Notes: generated from the letters alone by a model not told the origin. DNA of 64,000 bases from Perkinsus chesapeaki ATCC PRA-425 (GCA_013115145.1 JAAPAO010000130.1:2914-66913); one strand, 5' to 3'. Positions 37,044 to 49,348 are shown, numbered from the stretch's first letter. A program made the numbers and translations.

Positions 37044-40000
37044 TCACAGCTTACTATATCGAACACGACCCGACGACTTAGACATTGTGTGAGCGATGGT
37101 ACTGAAAAAGAAGCTCTGACCAACACACTACAAGACGCCTTGTTCTATAATAAAAGTGCTTCACATGACAGAGGAAATTCACAGAGCCGCCCATGTCGAC
37201 TCTCAAGCCCCAGCGCGTGGAGCGTGCTTTCCGATAAAACCATCCTATCACTGAAATCGCTGTTAGACCCCCGAAGACAAGGAAATGGTATTCATTGATC
37301 AGCTCCCACTGACCTGACCATATCTTTCGAGCTCAGGATCATAGCTTGATTCCACACCGCATTGTGCTTCAATTGCAGCGCGGTTTGAGCCTCTCTGCTG
37401 AACTCTAGAATATGCTTTGTACCAACAACCGCCACAGGGGAGTTACCTACGGGGAGGAAATTATGAGCGAAAACACAAAATTTTTCCACAATTTTCCGGG
37501 AAAAATACAAATTTTCCCTAAACTGGATTCATGTATGAAGCGAGCGAAATTGAACAATAGAACATGTACTGGCAATAAAGAAGTTACCCTATCTGGAGCA
37601 CGAATTAGGTGCTTTGCTTCCTAAGAGCAATGCAACGCGCTGCAGTTAACCATACTGAGGCATTCTACCTTCGCTACGTGTCCCGCCCCACTAGTGCTGT
37701 ATCAAACTACTTTCACAGCACTAGTCCGGAATTACAACCAGGCATGGTCAGCAGCCTCCCCGTAAAATAATATTTCATTGTAGCTTTCCGGAAGCTTCAA
37801 ATAGCACCGCCAGACTGTATGTCGGCCGTGAGCGAGAAAGGTTGAACTTCCCGACCAGCTAAGGTCGGCTGGTCCTCAGAAACTAGGCCTTCGTGACGAA
37901 GCGGCGGAGCTCGATCGGCGATGTTCAAGATCGTGCACAAATAATTGGCCACAAGTTAAGTGGTTATAGGTTAGTAGTGCTCAGCACTTCGCCAGGTTTC
38001 GGTGGCGGAACAAAGCTCGCTGCGATAGCTTCCAAAAGCCCCCTCGGCTATGTACTCCCATAATGGTACTTACTCGCGATCGATTCACACATCTTCAACG
38101 CCGCACCCACAGGGTCCTCCTCCACCTAAGCGAACGAAATTATCGAAATACAATCAACCGGTCACAGAGGAGAAGCCAACGCGGAAATGTCCTCACTCAT
38201 AGAGCCGACCAAATACACATCTCACCAACGAAATTGAAGACGCGTTCTCAGCCAGAAGAGAATTTCATTTCTCGCTACTTTCCAACTCACCTTGGACACA
38301 AAACCGATAGCTTTCGCCTCATCCGCTCCAAACTCCCTTCCAGTATAGCAAAGCTCTCTCACCGCAGAATCATTACCACATATTAAAGGGAAGAACCTGA
38401 GGGCCGTTCAACACTAAGAGGGTATCCTTCGCCTACTGCAAAGTGCCCACATCAGCTGCCATACCCACCAAAACTTCACGGATGCTGAACCGAACGTTGG
38501 GGGATGCAATGCGGATATCGACTTGACTGAGCAGGTCAATAGCGGCGCCTGGAAGAAAAATGAGCCTCGTGTCGGCTTCATTCAGTCGAGCCCATTAAAT
38601 CGTCTTTGGCAGGTTTAAATTTCGACCGGTAAGTTATATTATAATAAGGCGATCGTTATTATTTTGACCACCTTATTCCGCTATGAGTTTCGGACTTATT
38701 TCTGTGGGCTAAATGGCAATGTAGAGCCGTCTGAGAGGGGATTAGAAATCTGCCGCCTGGGAGAGCATAAATTTCATCTGAAATTGAGGCTTCGCTTTTC
38801 TACGGGATTTAAGATTATAAGGTTAAATTTATACTTTAATTATATTTATATAATTACAAATTATGATAATAAATTCTCGCCCTACTATTATAAAGTTAAC
38901 GTGCATTTGGGGGAGAATTCAGAAAATCGGCCGGAATTCCTCGAACTCTCTCCGTTCCCTGCAGACAAACAAATACAAAGTCCGTCAGCGATTATTGAGG
39001 AGAGCTCACCATAGGCTATTCCATGGGCCGCGGCAACGACGGGAACACGGCACTTCCGAACCGAGGCGAGGCATCTGAGAAGGAACATTACGAACTGGGA
39101 GTGATGGACGCCTCAGCAAAAGTGCACCTGATGTTCGCTACAGTGACACCTACAGCGCTGATGTTTTATGATTCTATTGTTATATCTCAACATCAGTAAT
39201 AATTGTTGACCCTCGTAGGACATATTTCCGTGACGTGAGATAACCCTCTCGTTCAAGATACACTTTTTCAAGTTGGATGTTCACGACATATAAAAACACT
39301 ATCTTCATACATCACTTTAGAGAATCTAAAATATCTATCTGTGACTTAATTGCTGTATTTACAGTTAGATTGTAAATACAGCATTTATACGCTTTATTAT
39401 TTTGTAATAAGATAACTTCCTTTGAGAAGAACACACAGTAAACATATATTAATTAACATTCCTCCCTCGAACGCTATAAAAGCATGAGGTGTTATGAACA
39501 TTCCCAGTATGAGTGCTTAGCTCACTCTTGCAGCTCCATGATAGTCCTTCCTGCCTTCAATGCAAGCCTAGGGAAATCGGCATCACCGCTATCGGTCGAG
39601 GCGGAGAATATAGAAGCCAGTGACGGGTCGCCTAGATCCAAACCTGAAGCAACTTGTTATTCTTCCAGCGAGGCCTATTTGGGCCCTATCCTCAAGCGTG
39701 ACGTAGTCCTTCTGTACTGTGGCTGCTCTCGGAAATTTGACAAGGAAATATTTAACTAGTTTTTCTTAGAATTTTTGCACTTGTAAAATCCCTTCGTTCC
39801 ACAGATGGAGTCTCCCAACCGACCTGCTGTGAATCCTTTCGGACCATTTCCGCTGAGAAGAACGCAACGAACTCGATCGTCGTTGTTTACCTGAGGACGG
39901 CCAGTTACCATTTGGTGAGGGGAAGAGAGGTTACCTTTGTGAAACAGTCTCTAATGTCAAACCACATCTGATAGTTGAACGCATTGATACGTTTGGGCCT

Positions 40001-40120
40001 ATTCAGGGCTACATGGAGAACCTGAACAAGGAAAGATTCCCGAGAGGTTGATTCAGTAAGATATACATTGATGTCGCTTTTTAACTCAACTTGTAGTGTC
40101 TCGTAGTTGTATTCTGCCAT
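37044..40120 (-). CDS. ECH1: Delta(3,5)-Delta(2,4)-dienoyl-CoA isomerase (crotonase family), peroxisomal
   Basis: Spliced motifs: VLHVALNRPKRINAF, VRCVLLSGNGPKGFTAGLDL, CRVPVVAAAHGIAYGAAIDL..DIR..FSIREVLVGMAADVGTLQ, VRELCYTGREFGADEA, SPVAVVGTK, WNQAMILSSKDM. The last exon ends GRVRYSKL* (stop at 37044-37046). Confidence 0.93.
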
Positions 40121-40829
40121 TATGTAAAACCCTGGAAAGTTCCCATACATTGCTGCTCTCCACAGGATAGCAAAAATGCCAAGTGCGGAAGCTTGGTAAA
40201 TTCCATAATCAATTTTAATACATAATAATCCCCAGTTTTGGGCGATACCAGCAGCCTCTGTCACTGAGGTCTTGCCATACATTTATTGCGTCAGGGATTC
40301 TGCGACGGCAGATTTCACTAGTTGAGTGGGAGTGGTGTACTCCTTCGGCGATAGTTGGAATTGTAATAGGGAGCGTGTGGTGCTGCAAAAATATTAAAAG
40401 CGCGTCGATTAAAAAAGAAAACTCACAACCGCGGATCGAACCTGGATCGTTAACGGGAAAAACAGACACCTTTTCGTTTACACTAAATGTCAACCAATAG
40501 ACTCGGCGCTTGTATTTTTCACAGGGCGTACAGACATAGGTTGTTGTTAAAACGCATGAAATCGAGTAACTACAGGCAACGATTGCGTTGCTATGAGGTT
40601 GGAGTTTAGTTAGCAACGCTCCTTATTTTATTTTAACCTCTATTTCCCCTATTAAGCAATCCCTAGTCGCCGTAGCTCACTTGACCCTCAACAAACTTAC
40701 ACTCAGTGCTGCCGGTGATACGGCCAGATTATCACTTCTCAAAAAAATCGTCTTGGCAACGCTTTTATAGAATTCACAGCAAGCGGCTGCATTGCCTCTA
40801 GTCCGTCCCTTAATATCAGCTCGGGTTTC

Positions 40830-43512
40830 CCTCCCTCAGTTAGTTGGCTGTACTGTGTTGTCCTTTCTCATCATGGGTAACGTAAAGAGAGAAGTGGGCG
40901 ACCCTACCAAGACATCGTAAGCCTAAGCCGCCTTTCACCTCGCACTTGTTATTCCAGGCCTGTAGCTTCACTCATCAGCATTGCTGTGTCCGGCGCTTTA
41001 ACCGCGTGGTTTGTCTGGTCCTGTGGATGGGCTGTTAACAGGTGCTCCCCGTCATAGTGGTATCTGCTGCTCCTTCAATCAGCTTTCAGGTCATTCGCTG
41101 TTAGTGTTGATACCTTGGTCCAGCCAGCATTCCCAGCTCTCCCCAGGGAATTCTGTGTCGGTATCCATTGGGTAAGCCAAGCTGAAGCCTTCCCCATATA
41201 TCCTTCTATCAGGTCTTCACCTTTGTTGCTGTTTGTGGCTGCATTGCCATCCTGATAAGCTCCGTGCCCATACTGGGGAATAGGACCATCTTCGTCGTTG
41301 GCTCCAAAATGATGACCGTGGTCACCGTCTACCAGTGCCTTCTAAGGCTCTTGGCGATGGGTAATGCCACTCACAGGACCAACGAGATTCACGGCTTAGG
41401 TCTCAACCTGTCCGAGCTTGCCCCTCGGATAGCGCTCATTCTGGCACTTAAAGCAGCCCCAAGGTTCTCCAAAATTCCCCAAGGACCGTCCCTCTTCTTA
41501 ACATGGGTAGGAGTAGCTTTCCATGTCTTCCCATCGGCCTCGCTCCTAGTTCGTATCCGTTCGACCATGGACCTTCCCCGCGGCCCTGGCCCCACTGCTG
41601 GTCACGGCCGCCACTGTAGAGTGGCTGGGCCTCAAGCTAGCAGACTCCGCCCATGTCACTGAGCTGGTACCTCTGCCCTTCGGAAGGGTTGATCGATTCT
41701 GTCCTTGTAGATTTTTTCCCTCATTGCCGTCCAGGCGTCGGCGAATCAGATTAACTCTATAGCGGATTTGTGGAACGGTGTGGATAATGTTCATAATGCA
41801 ACAGACAGGTCGATAGTGGATGGCCATCTGAGCATGCGGACGATGGTAGTGATAGGGCGGTTCAACGAGGCGCTCCGTGCCCCTAGATAATACTGAGGGT
41901 TAATGTAGTTGACCAAGTTTACTCGGTATGACTCCCGGCACGACGTTGCAGATTCTTTATATATATAATAATATATTATATATATACACCAATTATATAT
42001 TAATAACACTTTGCCTCATGAAGTTTATCATCATCCTTCAAGTATATCACTTGGTAGACAGGCATACCATAACTTCCCATCCAAATAGGGGGGCTCCAAA
42101 ACGGCAACAAAATTCCGGAAACGCTCCCGAAGGCTTGGTGGACTTTATGACACACCTTCGAAGGACGGTGATGAACAGTCTTTGGTTTGAATAACTAATC
42201 TACTCCTCCCTCTTAATCCTCTAATATATTATACCCAATAGGCTCACATTTATCTTGCCGTATCTACTGTAGGTAATCTCAGCAGGAGTGCTCTTTGGGA
42301 CCTTCGCCACCCTCCTTATCCGCTCGGGAATGTCTGTCCCTCCAGAATACAGGACATCATTGACCGTACTGGCCACCGTGGGTGGCTTGGCTGCAGTAGG
42401 CTCCATCACTCATAACTCTTTCGCACCTCCCTTTTAGTTCATCTACACCGCTGGTCCCTGTCCCTTCAAGTACATTGGCCTCGGAGATATACTAATGTAA
42501 CGGAAGCCTTCCACGGTAGACTTCAGCAATCCTCATTTAGTTTCCTCACCTTTGGGCCGATGACAACCTATTACTTCCTACTGTGCTTGACGGACCCTGC
42601 TGAATCGACTCCTCTTTTCCGTGAAGTCTTCTCCTTCACTTTGCCGATTTTACTTCTGGTGGTTGCGGTAGGTCGTCCAGCTAACTTGGTGAATGCTGAT
42701 GTTGGCGTGTAGATTTTGAACTCGAATAATATTCGTGACATGAAGGAAGATAAGGAAGCCGGAGTTAACACTTTGGCGGCTATGATGGGCCCAAAGCTCA
42801 GCCGGGTGTAGGTCCACTGGTTTGGGTTTGGATGCCTGTCGGCCCTACTCATCTCGACTCTGCCGGCCATGGACCTTGACATATGGCGCACTGGCAAGAT
42901 AACTCGCTCACTCCTCCATTAGTCCTTCAGAAGGACTACTGGGGTGGACAATTTATCAGGACGAAGGGCTCCTCCGATGAGACTCTATGATGGAGAACAC
43001 GCGTTCTTCAATCATAGAAATTTTCGTCAGGATTGTCTTGCCGCTCCAGTAAGGTTGTTGCGACTTCATCTGTATCAGTTACTTCGCCGCATTGCAGTTG
43101 GCGCCGCACTTCGTCACGGCTTGGCTGATCCAGACCTATGACTGTCCCGGCCTAGTCCTCACTTTCTTGGTTATACCGAGAAGCATGTGGCAAATGTAGT
43201 GGGGAGGTTAGGCATGCCGTCTGTCATTCGAAAGGTCCCTGGTTCGATTCCCTCTTTCAGCTATCGAGTATGTATTCGGGACCTCAGCGTCTTGAAGGGA
43301 CCAGAGAGGAAGTTTGTCGTGAAGGAGACATCTGACACAGTTCTCATGTATGGTCTGACCACAGCCATGGGACTTGCCTGCTCTCCGAGAGGCCAGCCGG
43401 TAATAACTCCGACCGATCCTCATGGATTAAGCCTTTCATACTTCAGATTAATGTAGTAGGGTCAGCGGTCTCTATGGCTGTTCTGGCGTTGCTCTATGCC
43501 GTGCTACAGTAG
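40830..43512 (+). CDS. menA: MenA/UBIAD1-type prenyltransferase (UbiA superfamily) with extra hydrophobic segments
   Basis: VRPWTFPAALAPLL, AVQASANQINSIADLWNGVD..TDRSIVDG, FIYTAGPCPFKYIGLGDILI.FLTFGP, ILNSNNIRDMKEDKEAGVNTLAAMMGP. The start is uncertain (possibly as far up as 40176) and the end is approximate. Confidence 0.88.
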
Positions 43513-43742
43513 ATGAGTTTTCGGGAAAGGCTCATCGGCCTCCTGCTGCTGCTGGTGTTGTTGTTGGTGCCCTATGCTATGGGTATGCCTGAGTTGTTCC
43601 ACACAGTGTCTTTATGCCGCTCCTCCAAGTCGTTCGAGCCGCGATTATCCGCTTTCGCTCTGGATTATTGAGTAGCTACCGAGTTGAGTCAATCTCCGCC
43701 TCCATTTCAGCGCCGTTGATTCCGTGGCGCAGTTTTATATAA

Positions 43743-45344
43743 ATGGCTACTTCCAATCTTCGGCAAGAAGGCCAAAATCGTCCACTTGCCTCAGATGTGC
43801 TGCTCGAGCTCATCGAACCTAGTGAGGAGGGTGCGGATGGGTCTCCGAATGCCTGTGATGACGAACTCCAATGGCAAGAGTTGCTGAAGTATCTTCCTAC
43901 TACCGAGGTGCCACTGTTCTTGGCGCAGCATTTCCAGACGCTGACGACCGAAGCGCCGGTGCCGGCAGCAGCAGCTCCCAAGGTAACGGAGGAGACAAAG
44001 CCTGTGTTGGCTCGGAAGGCCTCGGATAAGTCTGCGGGGTCGGCGGAGAGCAGCAACGCGGAAGACGGTATAATCAAGCCGCATAAGCAAGCTCCGCTGG
44101 TGACGCCTCCTCTGGCGGAAGCTGCTGCTCCGACGGTGGCAGCTAGCGGACAGGTAGTGGGGAAAGGAAAGAAGAAACGCGGCCAGCAGCAGCGGGAGAA
44201 CACAAAGGAAGGGATGAAGAGCGAGCTACAAGGGTTGTGGCAGCACGCGAAAACTATCTATGATGTAAAAGGACATATATTGCAGTTGGCAACGGACCAG
44301 TGGGGGTGCCGGTTTGTGCAGTTGAGATTGGACTCGACAGATGCAGGAGAGGCCAATTCGGTTGTGTCGGAGCTTCTGGAACATATCACTGATCTGTCCA
44401 CGGATAGCTATGGCAACTATGTCGTACAGAAAATGATAGAAACCAGCGTCGATGACGAATCGAGATTAAGCCTGGTGGTGGAGCAGCTCGTAGGGGAGGT
44501 ATTCCGGCTGTCGGTGCATGTCTACGGCTGCCGAGTGATACAGAGAGCGATCGCGGCGACCTGCAAGGCTCTGCCCCAGCAGCACGCGTTGCTTGTCAGC
44601 GAGTTGAAGGGGAGAATACAGGAATGTGTGGAAGATGCTCATGGCAATCATGTGATACAAAAAATAATAGAAGTCGAGCGACCGGTGCAGAAGTTGCAGT
44701 TTATAGTGGATGCATTGACGCCCTCAGCGAGTTGGCTGGCGGCTCACTCCTGCGGGTGTCGGGTCATCCAAAGGTTACTGGAGACGTGCCCGGCAGATAT
44801 GGTCACTACTATGCGGACTTCGATTGTTCGATCTTGCGAGGAGCTCAGTACTAACTCCTTTGGCAACTATGTTATTCAGCATGTCATCGTATACGGCACG
44901 CCGAGAGATCGGAAGGCAATCTACGAGTATGTTATGGAGGACTTCGCCGCGGCGTCATGCCACAAGTTCTCGACAAATGTGGTTGATAAATGTCTGCAAC
45001 ATTTGACCATGTCGGAGCTGGCTCATGTGATTTCGGTTGTGCTCGGTGATGCAGGGGATGAAGCTGCGTCGATCGCGGCGTGGGGCGGCAGCGCTGGAGA
45101 GGCGGCGACTTTGCTGGTTATGCTCCGGGACCGGTATGGTTGTGCAATTGTCTCCCGGCTGTTGGAGCTGGCGCCTAGTGAGATGATCGAGAGGAGCAGA
45201 CTGGTGTGGAAGTTGAAGGAGCAGCTACCGGTGTTGAGGAAATCGTCCTTCGCCAAGCATCTCGTAGCAGCGATTGAGTCCACACATGCTGGGTCGGTGC
45301 CACCGGCAATCGGTCAATTTTCAAGACAGTTGCCAGCTCACTAG
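43743..45344 (+). CDS. Pumilio/PUF RNA-binding protein, intronless, 533 aa
   Basis: Eight PUF repeats with cores WGCRFVQ, YGNYVVQ, YGCRVIQ, HGNHVIQ, CGCRVIQ, FGNYVIQ, FSTNVVD and YGCAIVS after a low-complexity N-terminus. Confidence 0.96.
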   Translation: MATSNLRQEGQNRPLASDVLLELIEPSEEGADGSPNACDDELQWQELLKYLPTTEVPLFLAQHFQTLTTEAPVPAAAAPKVTEETKPVLARKASDKSAGSAESSNAEDGIIKPHKQAPLVTPPLAEAAAPTVAASGQVVGKGKKKRGQQQRENTKEGMKSELQGLWQHAKTIYDVKGHILQLATDQWGCRFVQLRLDSTDAGEANSVVSELLEHITDLSTDSYGNYVVQKMIETSVDDESRLSLVVEQLVGEVFRLSVHVYGCRVIQRAIAATCKALPQQHALLVSELKGRIQECVEDAHGNHVIQKIIEVERPVQKLQFIVDALTPSASWLAAHSCGCRVIQRLLETCPADMVTTMRTSIVRSCEELSTNSFGNYVIQHVIVYGTPRDRKAIYEYVMEDFAAASCHKFSTNVVDKCLQHLTMSELAHVISVVLGDAGDEAASIAAWGGSAGEAATLLVMLRDRYGCAIVSRLLELAPSEMIERSRLVWKLKEQLPVLRKSSFAKHLVAAIESTHAGSVPPAIGQFSRQLPAH

Positions 45345-45779
45345 TGCTGTATACTTTATACGTTTTCCTTTATTACTTGTTCATTTGTGTTGCATCCAGT
45401 GGCGGTCGTAAATATCATAATACTAATATTACAAATAGATAATTATCGTACAGCCTGTCGTCTTACATAAGAATTCCTATGCATCAAAAACCACGGACGG
45501 TTGCCCTCACACTTGGACTTTTCGGTGATGTGCCGAGCTCGGGCTGGGGATGCCGAGGGTAACAGTTGTATGTCAGCATCCGAGTCACTGATCGGATACT
45601 ACTTTCACGGATTCTTCAAGTAGAGAGGTTTCATGAGAGGCAGCCCATATAGGGCTGACATAGTTCAGGTTTCAATTCCGGGTCTCTACATCCAACCGCT
45701 CAGGAGGAAGGGCTCGGGCAATTGATACATGTTATTATGTTAATAAATGCTATTGTGGTAGAAACAGACTGCTTGTTAA

Positions 45780-47453
45780 ATGCCACGGCGGAAGTTCGGA
45801 CAGAAAGTGACGGTATATTCAAGCGGTACCGGAGGCACGTCGCAGCGTTCGTGTATCGACGCTGATGAGCGAAAGCAACGAGCTGCTCGAGCGGCCAGAT
45901 TTCGGGACACTGGAGCCTCAGCTGGTGAAGAGGAGTATCTTTTGTGGTGTAAGCTAGCGTTTAGATACGCCCCGCACGAAGGCAGACAGCGATGAAATAC
46001 CAACTCCTGAGAGATACGTCCAGGGCACTTGCACAGTCCTCGAGAAGGACTACTTCCGCCTGACAGGCCCAGCGAGGCCGGCAGCTGTTCGTGAGTCTGC
46101 TGTGGTTGTCTGGACACCGTAATGGCCATAATAGGTCCACCGTCCGTGTTAGCAGCGGCCTTCGATCGCTTACGTGAGCTGTACCCTCTGCGAGGATGGG
46201 AGTATATCAGTGGACAACTTAGAGCGATTCGACAAGACATGAAGGTGAGGGGGGAGCCCGGCATCCCCTGCTAGACGCTTCTCTACCGGCAGGGGTATGT
46301 CGAGTACAGAGGGGAGCCTGGTGTCTCTGGTGATGGCCCTCATCTAGAAACATAAAAACCGAGAAAGGGCTGTATCACTTTCAGCTACTCGCGACCGTTG
46401 TGGAAAAGAAATCGAATATCCAGTAAAATTACTCTCCTAAAACATCCCGAGGGATTTCGTCGAGGTGAAATTCCAGATGCGTGAGGTCCTGCCAGGGTAC
46501 TGCCGTGGGATCGGGGATTGTCAGACTCTTAGAAATTTTCACACAAATCCAACTTTCAGAGATCGAAGACGCACGAACGTTCCAAATCCCATATCGGCAG
46601 TAACTCCCAATTTTCGTTTGAAAATACGAGACTACCTGTTTTCGGGCCTCTCCGGCATCATGATTTGCTGCCATCAAATCTCTTTCGAACAATATCCTAA
46701 CTGGACTGCATTCTCCCTTCTATTGACCAAGAGACGCTTCTTTGGTAGAACATACTTCGGTGACCTTCAGTGAGCCCCTGGTTACAACAGTAAGGGTTCC
46801 ATCATCAGGTACAAGGTCTCGATGGCTCTGAGCTCTCTCTAAACGTCTACACTGTCAACGCTAGATGGTCGCTGGAATCGCAAGACTTGGTCCAGTTCAT
46901 TCAGTGCATGACCGCCGTTACGCGGCAGATCCATTCGGGGTCGGGTGCGCTGCCCCGAGATGTACAGGCCGAGTTCCTGGCCTATGAGGTCGTCTACATC
47001 GCCCTACAAGACTTCTACGCCGACCAGTTGCGGTTCCTTCGTCGACTTCGAGATCTACCTGTTGGCATTAAAAGCCATCCGTACCTCCGCTGCGGTCTTC
47101 GTATAAGGTCCTGGATGGCGTCCGGAAACTACTATCGAGTTCTCAGAGCATACACAGCTTTGCGGAGTAGACCTAAACGCCTCGCAAACAGTGTTCCGTC
47201 GCACCTGCTGCCCTTGATAGAGCTCTTCCTGGAAGACCTGCGTCTCAGGCTACTTCGGAGCCTCACCAAAGCGTACGTGCAGTTGGGGATATCCTTAATA
47301 GTGAAGTGGCTGGGCTTTGCCACAGTCGATGAGTGCAAGACCTTCTTGCTGGACCATGAAGTCCCCATTGAGGAAGATTCCCTAGTCTGCAAGTCGTGTT
47401 TGCCTGTGCTGGAGAGGCGAGTGCAGATGATTGAGCGTCGTAGATTGGGTTGA
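45780..47453 (+). CDS. SAC3/GANP-family protein, LENG8/THP3-like, 4 exons
   Basis: RAARF, VQGTCTVLEKDYFRLTGPARPAAVRPPSVL, YISGQLRAIRQDMK|VQGL..VYTVNARWSLESQDLVQFIQC, GNYYRVLRAY, LRLLRSLTKAY, WLGF. The last exon is 46809-47453. Confidence 0.9.
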
Positions 47454-47566
47454 CAGAACTGATGTCGCGTTGACGTTAATAAAAGGGGCGTATGCCTTCA
47501 CATACCGCTTCTATGTGGCCCTCCTTGGTAGAACGATTAACAGTATTAATCGATGTACCTGATGTC

Positions 47567-48103
47567 CTAGAAATATAGACTTTTGAATAACCTCTTCACT
47601 GGAGGGCGGATGTTTTGGTGAAGCCTGAGGCATTTGGAAGCTCTTGAGAGCGACGACTTTGTGGTGAACAGCACATTAATACAATCATTCGATGAGATAC
47701 AAACTTTAGATTCCAAAGAATGCCTTGAAGTGCTGAGATAACAAAGAGATCTTCTCAAGGGCTACTTGACCCTATGGGGGAGGAAGGCAAGCCTAGGTCC
47801 TTCAGACCTAGGATAACGGGTTAAGGTTATTATTACAGATCTGCGTACTGTGCGCAAGAACGAGAAGGATATCGAGCACTGCTGCGCCGCTCGGAATCTC
47901 ACCTTAACTGAGCCGAATAGCAACCTTCGAGCTCTTCGAGCACAGCGATTTCCGGTCGCAGGGCTTGCGAAAACGTTATGGGCGACTGCGCGTCCAGACG
48001 CTCCAAGCAAAGATTCCTTTATCTGATGCCGCGTAGAATGATGTCCAATAATTTCGAGTTCATCGGCTCGCGCTGTATAGGCGCGTTGTGTGGTAGATGC
48101 CAT
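47567..48103 (-). CDS. Possible small spliced hypothetical gene
   Basis: ORFs 47762-48103 and 47567-47758, plus an exon-like LERLDAQSPITFSQALRPEIAVLEELEGCYSAQL|gtgag. Confidence 0.25.
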
Positions 48104-48373
48104 CTGCGGAGCTACAGTGGTTCACTGCATCATGGTTAGAGTAATTTCATTTGACATTGGCAATAGTTGGATGATTTAGTGGGCACATCGGGAGAATGTA
48201 CCTACGTGCGTGGACGCTTTGGGAATCTAAGCATCGGCTTTTTCTTTGGCAAATCTCTCCCATCAATACATATTGATATAGCTAGGGCCACCAAGCATGG
48301 CCTAAATTATCATGTGGTAGAAGTAGCGTTCATGTGGTACGTTCGCCCTCCCCCACTGCAGTTGTCCTTGGTA

Positions 48374-49348
48374 ATGCCAAACACGGTCAGCGGACTACTT
48401 GCCTTACTGCTTGCCTTCGTATCCGGACAGAAGCACCGTGAATCGCAGATTCTCTACGGCAAGGGTAGAGACTCGCACTACATACTCATTCCAGATCCGC
48501 GCAGTTGGCCGCAGGGCGTCATTAAGCACTTGAATGATCTCGATCTTATTCACTCTCGAACTGTCGTCAACGGTGTGAAGGTCTTCCACATGAATCCTTA
48601 TATAATCGACGCTAAGAACAACACAGAGCCCGCTACCAAAGCCTCGGTGATCAGAGTCAACTCAGACGGCCTGACTGAAATGCTGAGTTCTGATGTCGAT
48701 AAAAAAGGCCGGGAGTGCTTTACCGACGTGATTGGCTCAACTCCGGCTGTAGCCGTTACAGCTTATGGTCACGGTGTGCTTCACATGCGCCCTTCGACAG
48801 ATATCAGCAGAGTCGAGCATGATCTATCCTCCTGTGATGATGGCTTTAAGGTACTCATCCCGCGTGGAGGAGATCAATTCCCTATAATTGGCACATACGT
48901 CGGCGTAAATAAGGACAATTTTGCTCTGAGGTTGAAGTTGACAAGAGACCATGCTCCCGAGTTTGCTCTTCGCCAATGTGTCGATGGTCAGCTAGGTGAA
49001 CTGCAGAGAATCATTTATCACCAGATGTGCAACTTTCTTCTGGCATCTGTGGTCTTCAAGAAGGGTGGTACGTCCCAGTTCTTCCATGCTGTGCTGACCC
49101 CTATCACTTCACCATTAGGCGCAGAGTTCACTAACCCTCCTAGCTGTTTTGGCTTCATAAAAAGGTCCAAGAATATAGAACCGTTCCCCGCATCTCCCAA
49201 CTGTCATGGTCACTATTACAGCGACTTTTACGGGTTCACTAAATCTAATATCAAAATGTGGGACGGCACCGTAGGTATCGGTTATACGGTTAGACAGCGC
49301 GGAGTTCCAAGAAGGTTTGGCCTGTTCGACAGACAGGACACAATTTGA
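48374..49348 (+). CDS. Intronless secreted protein of unknown function
   Basis: Long ORF (48167-49348). ATG at 48374 gives MPNTVSGLLALLLAFVSG (signal-peptide-like). No domain recognised. Confidence 0.75.
   Translation: MPNTVSGLLALLLAFVSGQKHRESQILYGKGRDSHYILIPDPRSWPQGVIKHLNDLDLIHSRTVVNGVKVFHMNPYIIDAKNNTEPATKASVIRVNSDGLTEMLSSDVDKKGRECFTDVIGSTPAVAVTAYGHGVLHMRPSTDISRVEHDLSSCDDGFKVLIPRGGDQFPIIGTYVGVNKDNFALRLKLTRDHAPEFALRQCVDGQLGELQRIIYHQMCNFLLASVVFKKGGTSQFFHAVLTPITSPLGAEFTNPPSCFGFIKRSKNIEPFPASPNCHGHYYSDFYGFTKSNIKMWDGTVGIGYTVRQRGVPRRFGLFDRQDTI

Noticed and set aside
40670-40691. CCGTAGCtcaCTTGaccCTCAA upstream of menA, resembling a decayed SL relic
   Set aside because: It needs several gaps and mismatches, and the downstream gene is intron-rich; not distinguishable from chance.
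43185-43260. GGTTCGATTCC B-box/T-loop-like motif suggesting a tRNA
   Set aside because: The T stem does not pair beyond 2 bp, no acceptor stem or anticodon arm can be built, and it lies in a menA intron.
43676-44203. 175-aa antisense ORF over the PUF N-terminus (also antisense ORFs over 60549-61463)
   Set aside because: These are shadow ORFs of GC-rich coding sequence, with no motif or independent support.
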